A DNA stretch of 58,791 nt, filler included, from Barthelona sp. PAP020 (Eukaryota): assembly GCA_040182905.1 (NCBI GenBank). It is 4 parts of 4 records of this genome, joined end to end, with 100 filler letters (N's around TTAATTAATTAA, not from the genome) between each part and the next. Parts side by side here need not be neighbours in the genome. Positions count along the whole stretch, not along the records: positions 29,806 to 44,357 come from JARQWU010000299.1; 3 more parts are not named here. The stretch is one strand, 5' to 3'. The translations under genes were made by a program, and so were the position numbers. Each line of letters starts with the position of its first letter. Position 1 is the stretch's first letter. The notes beneath the pieces are model-generated. The model saw only the letters and a list, made by a program, of their open reading frames with translations. It had not been told where the DNA came from and did no database searches. Shown here in pieces: positions 30,761 to 42,100 of the stretch.

Positions 30761-32725
30761 CTATGACCTCCATTCTTTTTCAGTTCTTAAAGGAGTTTTG
30801 GGACCTCTTTTTTGAAGAAGTTCTCTCACAACATCAACAACATATTCAGGAGCTTCATGGATTTTTGGACGAAATGTGCATTGTTCAACTTCTTTGTTGA
30901 CAACTTCTTGCTTTTTTCTATTCAACAAATCTTTTTTTAATCTTTCTTTTACATTCAATTCAAAAATATATTCCCTTACATCTTGATCTAATTTTATTGT
31001 TGGTTTTACATTGTCATATTTAGATCTTGTATTGTTCAAATTTGGTTCAAATGGCATATTTTGTGATAATTCCATTTCAAAAGTATGTTTAAATTCTTGT
31101 TTTTTCAATTGTTGAAGTTTTCCACGATCATAGAGATCAGTATCATTCATACTCAATGTATCAGCTAATTTTCTTGAATTTTCATTTATGATTGGAATAA
31201 ATGTACAATTAGCTTCATCAAAACTATCCTTGACATCAATAAAATTATTATTTTGTGATTGAGAAAAGAGTCGTTCATGTACAGGCAAATCATTATTAAC
31301 ATTTTTAGCCATCTCTGTAATCTCAGGAACATATGAGACATCTTGTTGTGTTTCAAATTGCTTAGTGAATCTAGTCCTTTCTTGATCTTTTAATAGTTGA
31401 GTTTGTCTAGATAAAAATGCATCCCAATCATCTTGATTCAAAGATTTTTTCATTCGTTTCTGTTCAAATTCGTCATCTTCATCAATGATTTGAGATATTG
31501 ATGATGTCACAGCTTTCTTTAGAGTATTTGAGTTTTTAGATAATCTGTCAAAAGCTGATTGTTTCAAATAACCACGTAAACAAGGATTATTTTCAGTTTC
31601 TGCTTCATTAATTATTGGTTGAAACGTATATGTCAAATCATCATTCAATAACCTTTTGGATTCAACAGTGTCCATAAACTTAGAACGAATATGTCTGGAG
31701 TTTTCATTAATTTTCGGTTTAAAGGCATATTCTTCATTATAAAATGGGGAATTCACTAATTGTGATTCTTTAGACTTTGCATATAATCTATTAATCATTT
31801 TTGATTCTTCAGATTTTGACAATTTTTTTGTTTTGTTTTGTTGAATCAATCTTTCATCAGCTTGAATATCGTTCAATTCTTTTATACGTCGTTTTAAATT
31901 TAATTCTTCATTTTTTTTGGCAGCTAATCGATACAGACGATCATGAACAGCTTCTTTTGAACGAGATCTACTTCTACTTGAATTTTCTTGACTTTCAATT
32001 GAATCATTAATCTTAGGTTGAAAAGTATAAGTATTTCTAAACTTTTCTTCGTCATTTTTCAGAGTTCTATCAAAACGTTTTTTATGTTCCAGTGCTCTAG
32101 TGGCTAATCGGCGTGTTTGAGGTACTTTTGGGGTATTTTCATTCAAAATGATTTCACCTTCAGTTCTAAGGTAAGAAGAATAGCTTCTTAAACCATGGAA
32201 CTTACCAGTACTATTTATTGGGTGTGTAGTTTCTTCTTGATTTTCTTCATCAGAGTATGAATTGTTCGTCAAAACATGATCCATTTCCATGTGATCGTTT
32301 TCAGGATAATTTTCATCAAAATTTCGTAGATATTTCAATTTTATTTCATCTGTCGTGATTAAACTTGTCTTTTGATCTTTTGGTGGCAATGGTGGGGGTT
32401 CATTTGGAATAGGTAAATCATTAAAGTCATCAAAATCATCAAATTCATTATCATATTCCAAATGTGAAGAAGAAATTGGTGATAGGTTGATATTATTATC
32501 GGATAATCTAGTTTTATTTGAATTCATTCCATTTGAATTTGAAATATTTGAATTCTTTTTTAGTGGTGGAGTTTTAACAGCCTGATTTCGTTTCATATTT
32601 TCAACTCTTTCCATTAATTGCTCAAACATTTGATTTGTGGTGATATCTCCATTGTTGACCTGATTTCGTAGGTCTTGTAGACGATATGAAAATCCAGATG
32701 TTTCAGATTGTTGTAAAATATTCAT
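30761..32725 (-). CDS. Hypothetical protein with repeated (T/A)FxPxIN and xxRLY motifs, probably cytoskeletal
   Basis: 654-aa ORF containing TFQPKIN, AFKPKIN, TFQPIIN, TFIPIIN, PFEPNLN and TFRPKIH, interleaved with VHDRLY, INRLY, AFDRLS and VHERLF. Confidence 0.8.
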   Translation of the reverse strand: MNILQQSETSGFSYRLQDLRNQVNNGDITTNQMFEQLMERVENMKRNQAVKTPPLKKNSNISNSNGMNSNKTRLSDNNINLSPISSSHLEYDNEFDDFDDFNDLPIPNEPPPLPPKDQKTSLITTDEIKLKYLRNFDENYPENDHMEMDHVLTNNSYSDEENQEETTHPINSTGKFHGLRSYSSYLRTEGEIILNENTPKVPQTRRLATRALEHKKRFDRTLKNDEEKFRNTYTFQPKINDSIESQENSSRSRSRSKEAVHDRLYRLAAKKNEELNLKRRIKELNDIQADERLIQQNKTKKLSKSEESKMINRLYAKSKESQLVNSPFYNEEYAFKPKINENSRHIRSKFMDTVESKRLLNDDLTYTFQPIINEAETENNPCLRGYLKQSAFDRLSKNSNTLKKAVTSSISQIIDEDDEFEQKRMKKSLNQDDWDAFLSRQTQLLKDQERTRFTKQFETQQDVSYVPEITEMAKNVNNDLPVHERLFSQSQNNNFIDVKDSFDEANCTFIPIINENSRKLADTLSMNDTDLYDRGKLQQLKKQEFKHTFEMELSQNMPFEPNLNNTRSKYDNVKPTIKLDQDVREYIFELNVKERLKKDLLNRKKQEVVNKEVEQCTFRPKIHEAPEYVVDVVRELLQKRGPKTPLRTEKEWRS

Positions 32726-32842
32726 AATTATATTTAATCTTAAATATTTGGATTACGTTTTCGAAATTGAAAAAAGGATTGGTAAAAAAAAAAATTTGAA
32801 TTGAACAAAGAGCCACAACTTCCCCTTTTTTTTTTTGCCATT

Positions 32843-34352
32843 ATGGTCTTACATGAGCTTGGTGATAAAATCACCAGAACTTTAAGACATTTACAGTCAA
32901 GATCTGAAGTTGATGAAGGTATTTAAACATTTTATATGAAAAAAAAAACTAACTTTGATTGCAGAAGTTTTACAAGAAACAATAGATGAAGTTGGTAGGG
33001 CTTTAATTGAAGCAGATGTTGCAGTAAATCTTGTTAACAAGTTAAAGAGAAATATCACAAACAGTATTGATTTGGATGAATTACCTCCTGGATATAATCG
33101 TTCACGTTTGGTTCATGATGCGGTTGTGGCTGAATTAATGAACCTCTTGGATCCAAAAGTGGAACCCTTCAAGCCAAAGAGAGGACTTAGCAATGTTTTT
33201 GTCTTTGTAGGTTTACAAGGTTCGGGTAAAACCACAACCACATCTAAATTTGCAAGATATTATCAACAAAAAGGATGGTCTGTTGGTTTGGTTTGTGCAG
33301 ATACATTTAGAGCTGGCGCTTTTGATCAAATCAAACAATTAGCCTCACGTATAAGAGTGCCATTTTATGGAGATTATTCAGAAGCTGATCCAGTTACTAT
33401 TGCTTCGGAAGGTGTCAAACACTTTCGTCAAGAAAGAACTGAGATTATTATTGTTGATACTTCTGGTAGACACAAACAAGAAAGTAAATTATTTGATGAA
33501 ATGAAACAAATTATGGGTGTTGTTAATCCTGATGAAGTTATTTTTGTCATGGATAGTTCAATTGGACAAGCCGCAGAAGCGCAAGCAACAGCTTTTAAAG
33601 ATACTGTTCCTGTCGGAGCATGCATCATTACTAAAATGGATGGTCATTCCAAAGGTGGTGGTGCTTTATCTGCAGTTGCCGCAACTCAATCACCAATTGT
33701 ATTTATTGGTACTGGTGAATCTTACAATGATTTTGAACCTTTTAGTGCTGTATCTTTTATTTCAAGATTGTTACATAAGGGTGATCCTGAAGCAATTAAG
33801 TCATTGGTTGAGACATTTGAAAATAGCACAGCCAGTAAAGATTTAGAAGAAAATTTAAGAAAAGGCAAATTTACTCTTCGAGATTTGCGTTCACAACTTG
33901 AACTTCTTGAATCTGTTGGATCCATTGAAAAGTTTTTGGCAATGATGCCCATCCAACTACCAAAAGAAATTACACAACAAGGTAGTGCTGGTTTTGAAAT
34001 TTTCTCACACATTCTTGACAGTGTTTCTGAATATGAAATGGATCATCCTGAAGTGTTTACCGATAATACCGGTGTAAGCAGGATGAAAAGAATAGCGAGG
34101 GGGGCTGGTGCATCTTTGGATCATGTCAGAATGTTATTTGAAATGCATCAACAATTTTCGAAGGCTATTGGAAAGATGAAAGGTTTGAATATTCCGAAGA
34201 ATCAATCAGATTTGATGGGACAAAGAGGTTTCAATCAACAAATGCAAAAAATGATTCCTCCCCAAATGTTGAGTCAAATGGGTGGTATGCAAGGTATGCA
34301 AAGAATGATGCAACAAATGATGGGAGGTAAAATGCCTGGATTTCCCATGTAG
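32843..34352 (+). CDS. SRP54: Signal recognition particle 54 kDa GTPase, 2 exons: 32843-32918, 32965-34352
   Basis: Exon 1 MVLHELGDKITRTLRHL is the SRP54 N-terminus, followed by GLQGSGKTT, DTFRAGA, DTSGRH, TKMDG and a Met-rich M domain. Confidence 0.97.
32919..32964 (+). other. Spliceosomal intron, 46 nt (SRP54)
   Basis: GTATTT...ACTAAC-TTTGATTGCAG. Phase-1 removal gives ...EVDE-E-VLQE in frame. Confidence 0.9.
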
Positions 34353-34532
34353 AATTCTTGCCTTGTTTTCTGAATTTTTTTATTTGTAAATGGTTAGTCT
34401 TTTAATTTTTTTTTTTTTTTTGTAGATTTTTCCAGCAGGTAATTGCTTTGAAGAAACAAAAAAAAAAATTCCAAAAAAAAAAATTGAACTTTTTACCAAT
34501 ATTTTTCCTTCAATTTTTTCCTTGATAATAAC

Positions 34533-34634
34533 GTATGCTATGCTTGATTGATCCATATTTGTAACATATAACATGTTGTTAATGTTATGATTATTATAAT
34601 TTAGATTTTTAAGATGAGTATTCTAACCTTATAG
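34533..34634 (+). other. Probable 5'-UTR intron of the eS31 gene, 102 nt
   Basis: GTATGC donor at 34533, and TTCTAAC-CTTATAG ending 1 nt before the ATG, the same geometry as the coding introns. No reading frame is available to confirm it. Confidence 0.6.
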
Positions 34635-34635
34635 T

Positions 34636-35067
34636 ATGCAATTAATTGTTAAAGGTATTGCCAAGACTAGCGCTATTCAAGCTTCTTCTATGGAAGAATT
34701 ACAAGCTGAAATTGCCAGCATTCATGGTGTTGCTCCCGTTTCTCAACGTCTTTTTTCCAATGGTGTTGCTCTTTCTGAATTAGAAGACAATTTGGTTATT
34801 GAACTCTGTGCCCCTCTTGATGGTGGTAAGCAAAAGAAGCGTAAAAAAAAAGCTTATAAAACCCCCAAGAAACAAGCTCACAAGCATAAGAAGATTGAAT
34901 TAGCTGCTCTTCATTATTACAATGTCAAGAGCGACGGAACTGTTGAACGTCTTCGTCTTCATTGTGAAAATTGTGGTCCCAGTTTCCATTTGGCTCCCCA
35001 TAAGGATGAAAAGGGTAAGGTCACTCGTTTATACTGTGGTAAATGTCACGCCATTTACTCTGAATAA
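34636..35067 (+). CDS. RPS27A: 40S ribosomal protein eS31 (S27a) fused to a divergent ubiquitin-like domain
   Basis: LDGG cleavage site, then KKRKKKAYKTPKK...HKHKK and a C4 zinc finger ending YCGKC. Confidence 0.95.
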   Translation: MQLIVKGIAKTSAIQASSMEELQAEIASIHGVAPVSQRLFSNGVALSELEDNLVIELCAPLDGGKQKKRKKKAYKTPKKQAHKHKKIELAALHYYNVKSDGTVERLRLHCENCGPSFHLAPHKDEKGKVTRLYCGKCHAIYSE

Positions 35068-35138
35068 TTTCATAATTATCGGAATTTGATAAAGTCACAT
35101 AGTTATTAGTTTTTTTTTTTTTTTGTGAACTTATTACG

Positions 35139-36878
35139 ATGAATGAGGATGAAGATCATGTGGTTGAGGAATATGATGTTTTTTTGAATCAAGATCTGTT
35201 GGAAGAATTATCATTATTACAATTTCCATTGAAAAGTAAACAATATCCTCCAGATTTTTCCAAAATAGACGAAGTTCAATACAAACCCAAAAATAAAATG
35301 CTAAATTTTAATATGAAAGTTGAACATGAAAATGAAATGATGATGGAAAACTATGATTATGAAAGTATCAAAATTCCTCCCAAAGTGAATTATGCAGTCG
35401 GTGTATTGAAGAATAAATCCTTTTATTTAACATATTTAGAAGATATTTATCAAATGAGACCAAAATTAAAAACCAGAAATGAAAATCAAGGGCAATTTGA
35501 GGAAGAAGACGAAATGCTGAATGATATGGAAAATGAGCAAATTATTGATCATACTAGAAGTGATGATTCAATAATTAATCGCAAATTAAAGGCAAAAGAA
35601 CAATCAAAAGAAAAAATCAAAATTGTCAGAAAAAAATCAAAATATTTACGTATGATTGACAAACAGAATGAGGAAGATTTTATTGCCTTAGACAGTGATT
35701 TTAAAAATTGGCACACTGGAATTCGACAATTTGACACTGTACAACAAGCAAAATTCAATCGTTTAATTGCTTGCAATGACGTTGAAGTAGCATGTGAGCA
35801 AAACAACTATTTGGATACATTGTTACCTGTGGTGTCTTCAAAACCAGTGCCCATGAAATTATCAATGCGTTTGTTGAACGAACTACCTTTAGAAAATCGC
35901 ATCGCTGAAATTATGATGAAATTGAATGTCATTGACTACCAACAATTATGTGGATTGTTGAAATTTGGTGACAATAAATTGGTCCCACCACCTTTTGTTA
36001 TTGAAGCTCTTGATCATTCAACTGTTCTAGTTCAAGGAAATTTGGTGATTTCAACGAAAATTTTGGAAGAAAGAACAATACTTCCTCGTGGACGTGTTGG
36101 CATTGTGCGTGACTTCATTTTATCAAGATTGAATGCTGAGGGTGTCATTCAAATTGAAGAAATAACTGATCTATTTCCCATTGATAGAAGGGATATCATG
36201 TCAATACTTAGTCCGATGACAATAATGAATGATGATGGGTCTTATAAACTCAAAAAAGATAGAAATCAACAGTTCATTGATGAAAATTCTGAATTTGTTG
36301 AAAAGTTTGAAAATTTCTGGGATAATTTTGACAGGATGTTGAAAGAAAAATTGGAAAGAGTTCATCTTTCTGAAAGCATTAAAAAGACTGATGATAGATT
36401 TTATACCAACGCAAATTACACAGAAGATAATATGGAAGTTAACAACGATTTGAAAAATTTTATTGTTAGCATTTTTTACAGCTATCAAGAAGTGTTGAGC
36501 AAAGCATCAATTTTAAAATTGCTAAGACGTGAAGGATTTAAAATAAATCCAACCAGAATTACTGAAATCGAATTATATTTAGAGGAGATTTGCCACAAAT
36601 TTGGAGATTCTTATGTTCTTAAGAAAATTGAAAAACAATTCCTTGCCAGCCATTACATTGATGATTTGGAATATTACAACAGTATCAGAGACGTTATTCT
36701 TGAATTGTTGTTACAAAACAACAATAGTGGTATCAGAAGAATCAACGTTATTAAGGGATTGAAAAAGAAATTTTCAAATTTTGAAGAAAGACAATATGAT
36801 AAAATACCTAAGCAAATATTACATTCTTTATGTGTTTCCAATAACGCAAAATGGTTCTTAAGACCAGGTAAAATATAA
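35139..36878 (+). CDS. POLR3E: RNA polymerase III subunit RPC5 (Sin-like)
   Basis: N-terminus EDHVVEEYDVFL...LSLLQFPLK, plus YAVGVL, IYQMRP, LVQGNLVI and RDFIL, matches RPC5/Rpc37. Confidence 0.87.
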   Translation: MNEDEDHVVEEYDVFLNQDLLEELSLLQFPLKSKQYPPDFSKIDEVQYKPKNKMLNFNMKVEHENEMMMENYDYESIKIPPKVNYAVGVLKNKSFYLTYLEDIYQMRPKLKTRNENQGQFEEEDEMLNDMENEQIIDHTRSDDSIINRKLKAKEQSKEKIKIVRKKSKYLRMIDKQNEEDFIALDSDFKNWHTGIRQFDTVQQAKFNRLIACNDVEVACEQNNYLDTLLPVVSSKPVPMKLSMRLLNELPLENRIAEIMMKLNVIDYQQLCGLLKFGDNKLVPPPFVIEALDHSTVLVQGNLVISTKILEERTILPRGRVGIVRDFILSRLNAEGVIQIEEITDLFPIDRRDIMSILSPMTIMNDDGSYKLKKDRNQQFIDENSEFVEKFENFWDNFDRMLKEKLERVHLSESIKKTDDRFYTNANYTEDNMEVNNDLKNFIVSIFYSYQEVLSKASILKLLRREGFKINPTRITEIELYLEEICHKFGDSYVLKKIEKQFLASHYIDDLEYYNSIRDVILELLLQNNNSGIRRINVIKGLKKKFSNFEERQYDKIPKQILHSLCVSNNAKWFLRPGKI

Positions 36879-36973
36879 ATATTTTACAATATCTGTTTGT
36901 TATTGTTATGTTTCAAAGCGAAACAATTGTTTTAACCAACATTAAACACCAAAAAAAAAAGGTACAAAATCAT

Positions 36974-37453
36974 TTATTTATTGACTTGAAGACTCTCCAA
37001 ATATTCAATTGATCGTTTCCACTCTTCTGATTCTTTTTTCAAATTTTTTAAAATATCATGGAGTGCTTGACGCTGATATGGAAATGCCTTGAATTTTCTA
37101 GAATCTTTAACACGATCCATGAAGGGGGCATGCTCTATCCCATTACCTTTCAATACCAAATAGATTTTTTTGCAACTCTTAAAACGTTCAATTTGCTCAT
37201 TAAAAAAATCTTCCAACAAATCGATGGGATTTGAAGTTGCAATACACAAAAGTCCAATTGCATCAGAATCACAACGTTCAGAAGGTGATAAAGAAAACCC
37301 CATTGTAGCAGCAGAAGTGCTGCTGTGGGATTCTTCTGGAAAATCTTCTTTGATTAATTGACGGTAATCGTCAATCAAAGGGGTTTCAATATCTCGAAAA
37401 TTTCCACTTCCTGGAAGACGTTCGACAGGTCTTCTCCGTTTTTGGGGTGCCAT
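36974..37453 (-). CDS. Hypothetical protein, 159 aa, basic N-terminal NLS-like motif
   Basis: ATG-initiated ORF filling the gene-sized gap, with PQKRRRP near the start. Confidence 0.7.
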   Translation of the reverse strand: MAPQKRRRPVERLPGSGNFRDIETPLIDDYRQLIKEDFPEESHSSTSAATMGFSLSPSERCDSDAIGLLCIATSNPIDLLEDFFNEQIERFKSCKKIYLVLKGNGIEHAPFMDRVKDSRKFKAFPYQRQALHDILKNLKKESEEWKRSIEYLESLQVNK

Positions 37454-37708
37454 ATAAACAAAAAATTGACAATAAAATAATTAGTTTTGCTTTATTTATA
37501 GCATCTTTTGAATTTTGTTTGACTCAAATTTTAACAAATATGTGAACAAAGTTTTTGTAGAAGAAAAAAAACACAACAAAATTTTTAAAAAGAATTATCA
37601 ATAAAAACCTAAAAAAAAAGAAAGAAAAGAAACAAATATGGAGGACACTTAAAGTTTCTGAAAAGAATATGAAATAAAAAAGAAAAAATCTATTATTAAA
37701 AAATTTGA

Positions 37709-38950
37709 ATGAATTCTGGGAAACGAAGAGTTATTGGAAAGAAATATGTCCTACATCATGTGTTAGGGGAAGGTTTCCAAGCAAAAGTATATTTGGGAAT
37801 CAATCAACAGACAAATGAAAGAGTTGCTGTTAAGGCCATACCAACAGATCAAATGAATGCTTTTAAAGCTTTTAAAGCTGAGTATTCATCATTGAAACAA
37901 ATTGATCATCCCAATATTGTTTCATTGATTGAAGTTCTCAAATCAAAAAAACATTATTACTTTATTTTGGAGTTTGTTGATAATGGTGATCTTTTTGATT
38001 ACATGACCCGACAATTATCAGAACCTATGCCTGAAAATACGGCCAAAGATTTTTTCTATCAAATTTGTCTTGGAGTCAACCATGCTCATAAAAAAGGTGT
38101 TGCTCATCGTGATCTTAAACCCGAAAATATTTTATTGAATGAAGATTTGGTGCCCAAATTGAGTGATCTGGGATTATCAAAATTTATGGGTGAATATGGA
38201 ATCAATAATTCTACTAGTACTATTGTTGGTACTCCTAATTATTTATCACCAGATATTTTAGAATGTCAAGCTTCTGGACGACCATATGATCCATTTAAAA
38301 GTGATATTTGGTCTCTTGGAATCATTTTGTGTGTCATGCTCACAAGAAAAATGACCTTTGCCGGTCAACCACCAAGAGTTTATGATAAAATTAGAACAGC
38401 TTCTTACAAAATGCCTGATGCCTCTCCTGTTTGTCAAGATTTAATCCGTCACATGTTAGATTTAAATGCTGAAACGAGATTTAATATTGATGATGTGATG
38501 GCTCACCCTTGGCTTCAAGATATAAAATCAAAATTCAGTCATGTTTCTGGAACTATTACTGATGTTGTTGAAGATCCCATTGATGCATCTGATGATGAAA
38601 CTAACTGGAAGAGTCCATTGGTTGCTATGTCTTTAATTTCTAAACTGAGAAGGGTTGCAAATGAAAACAGACCTTTACATTGGCTAGCCAATATAAGACC
38701 TGATGAATTCACCAATGTGTGTCTACGTTGGGCCGTTAGTCATCAAGCAGAACATTATTTGGACAATGAATTTGGTTTGACAATTCAAATTAAAAAGGAT
38801 GGTGTGAAAATGATCATAAGATGTTCTGAAAGTGCGTCTGATAATGGCTCAATTATTGATGTTTGCAGATCCTATGGTAACGGATTCACATTTAATGAAT
38901 TGTATACTGAATTTTATAGTGATATGACTCCATATCGTGTTAACATGTAA
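37709..38950 (+). CDS. CAMK-group Ser/Thr kinase (CIPK/SNF1/Chk1-like) with KA1-like tail
   Basis: LGEGFQAKV, VAVK, HRDLKPEN, DLG, GTPNYLSPD and DIWSLG, with C-terminal IIDVCRSYGNGFTFNELY. Confidence 0.92.
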   Translation: MNSGKRRVIGKKYVLHHVLGEGFQAKVYLGINQQTNERVAVKAIPTDQMNAFKAFKAEYSSLKQIDHPNIVSLIEVLKSKKHYYFILEFVDNGDLFDYMTRQLSEPMPENTAKDFFYQICLGVNHAHKKGVAHRDLKPENILLNEDLVPKLSDLGLSKFMGEYGINNSTSTIVGTPNYLSPDILECQASGRPYDPFKSDIWSLGIILCVMLTRKMTFAGQPPRVYDKIRTASYKMPDASPVCQDLIRHMLDLNAETRFNIDDVMAHPWLQDIKSKFSHVSGTITDVVEDPIDASDDETNWKSPLVAMSLISKLRRVANENRPLHWLANIRPDEFTNVCLRWAVSHQAEHYLDNEFGLTIQIKKDGVKMIIRCSESASDNGSIIDVCRSYGNGFTFNELYTEFYSDMTPYRVNM

Positions 38951-39110
38951 AGTAAAAGTTTTTTTTTTAAGTTTTTGAGTTTATAAATCAATTTTCAAAA
39001 GAATACATTTTTGTAAATTGCAAGTTGAAGTGCAACTATTCAAAATGGAAGGTTGAAAGAACAAAGGATATGATGACAGTTAAATTTTTTTCTTTTTTGA
39101 CAGTTCGAAC

Positions 39111-42100
39111 ATGAATGATGAAGGCCGAATCAATACTCCAAACACTAAAATATCAGATATGTCAAATATTTCCAATATTTCTAGTTTATCGAACAACACA
39201 TCTAATTTAAATTTTGATTTTGGAAGTTTAAGCACTCCTTTTTTTACACACAGTAGTCAAAGAAAACCGTCATCAAGTTTAGGATTTTATTCAGAAACTC
39301 AAAATCAAAACAGAAAACGACAACATAATGTTGATAATATTCTATTTTTAAATTTGGCTGATGACATTTCCCTAACATCTGAGAAATATAGTCAGTACTT
39401 AACAAATTGTAACCCAAAAAATTTTGTTGTAAGTGATTATGTTTCGTCTCAGAATTCCTTTTTATCATTTGTATCTCATGGATTATCTGCTTTGGAGAAA
39501 GTTTTAAGTGGTGGACCCAAAAAATTGGTTCATACCATTCAACAATCGTTGATCTTGTTTAAAAGGTCTTCAAACGTTTTAATAAACAATTTTGATTATA
39601 CGTTGGAAGAACAAAATGGAAAGATCAAAAAATTAACCAATGAATTTTCTAAATTACAGAAAATTTCCATTCCTTTGAATGACCAAAGATTTTTGAATGC
39701 TTCTCGACGATATGATGAATTGAAGAGGGGATTTACATATGTATTTTACAAATATACCGTTGCTTTAAAGATGATAAAGAATCAAGAACTTTACATGAAA
39801 CAAGGATTAACTGAAATGTCTCAAATTGTTGGAAAATTATACAATGTTTATCGTGAGCATGACAAAAAGCTACTTAAAATAATGGAAGAGAAGAATAAGC
39901 TTCAAAAATTAATTAATGAAAAAGATGAAGAAATTGATTCCTTGCATGAGAGTGTCAAAAGGTACAGAATGATTGGGGAACGTGCTGTAACTGCAAATAG
40001 CATTGCATCTTCTGAGGCAAAAAACCGAAATCAACTTCATTTTACCACAACAAATTATATAAATTTGGCACCTCAAGAATTAACAGTGAAAAGCTTTGTC
40101 TGTATAGAATGTAAGAAACGATTATTGAGTAAATATGCAGTTCATGCACAAGGTTTGCGAAGGGTTGTTTATGATCTTCATTTAGCCATGAGTTCTTTAG
40201 GTTTTGTTGAAGCACCATCGAAATTGGAAGATGCAGATCCAATTAAAATTGAACAACAGTTAGTTCCTGATCCTATTAAAATTGAAGAAACTGCAAGAAT
40301 TGTACGGCGAATTCAGGATGAAATTCAACAAATGGGTGCGTCATTGATAATTAAAAATGCTACTGCTCTTCAGCAGCAGCTAAATCTTGTTAAAGATGGA
40401 AAAGAACGTTTAGCTTTTGAGTTGTCAAATGCTAAGGATGAGATTGCTAAAGCTAATGAAAATGTAGAATTATTACAACAACGTATTGCAACCATGCAAC
40501 ATGATCAAGGTCAAACCCTAGGTGCAAATGGATTTGGTGGTTTTTCTGGTTTTCTTTTGGACCCAGACATTCCTTTCCAGATGTATACACCATTAAATTT
40601 TGAACTGGAATATCCTTGTCCTGCATTAGCTACTTTTATTCATATGAGTATTAGTAAACCGGTTAAACAAGCGTTATCTGTGACATATAATGATTTTGCA
40701 CTTGCTATCACAAAGAAATGGACGATTACTATGATTCGTGCAATATTCAATGAAAGTATTACTGATGTTGACATGTTTAATTTTTCTGGAATACAAGAAA
40801 TGATTTTTAAATTTGTTTTTAAAACCACAAGTGATGTTGAACTTGCTAAAGAGCTTGTTTGGAAATTATATATGGGCGTTAAATTTTATAGAGAAGAGTC
40901 TAAGGAAGTATTACTGTTTGATCGTTTTGTACGACAACAATATCCACCGATTTTGTTGAGTATTGTTTTAATTTTGATCAAATTTTTTGTTACTCCCATC
41001 GAATCATTTGAAAAAAGTGAAGAAATAACAATAAGTGTTGATTCTTTTTTGAGAATGCATAAAATTTTGGTAATAACATTTAAAAGCATTGATATTCATA
41101 TTGTTTTACCTAGTGAAGATTATTTCTTTTCTAATTGTCGTAGTGAAAATGGAAATGATGTTCTTTTTGATTTTTTTTCTGTAGTAGATGAAATAATAAG
41201 AGAAATATATCAAAAATACTTTTCGTTGTTGATCAATAATTTAAAAGTTGCCTTGATTGAGAGTGTACAGAATCAACAGGCAAAAACTGTTGATTTGAAA
41301 CGATTATTCACTGAACAGATTGAGTTAAAAGAAATGTTGATGGAACAGACACAAAAATATAATTCCACAATGAATCCCACTAATTTTTTGAAATTTTCGA
41401 AAATTTTAAATGATTCAATGTTGCACCCATTAAACAGTTGTCATCAACAATTAAAAATTATTTATGATAATGCTGATGAATTGACATTACCGCTTATTCA
41501 TTCACAATCATTGGCAACAGTTGATATATTAAGTTTGGTTGAAGTTTTTGAAAAGATAATTCCATGGATGGAAAGAAATTTCATTTTTAACATTGTGAAA
41601 GAGGCTAATTTACAGTCATCTGGTCTTATTTTAATTGATACTATTATGACTACCATATTTTCGAATTTTTGTTTTGGAAAAGTATTAAATGACAAGTTGA
41701 ATTATTATTACATGTTGGGAATATTTGAATTTGAGTTATTCAACATTAATAAATATATTCTTCAATGTTTTAGTTGGTTTGATGAAAAATCACATCAACC
41801 TTTCAAATTGCATTTCAACAACGATTTATTGAAGTTAAAAAAACAGATAAGTCATTTGCACAAATTGTTGAAAAATATTCCTTCTTCATCAAACATTTCT
41901 ATTTTGAACCGTAAGTTTTCAATAAGGTTTTATAATATTTTATTGATCATTATTAAATTACAGAAGGCAATTCTACAGCAAAACCTTCCAATAGGTTTTG
42001 AAGCACCAGAAGCACTTTCAAAAAATGAATTGGTCTCTCCTTCTGAAGAAGCTACTGAATTTATTGAAGATATTGATTTTGCTAATTCTATTCATATTGA

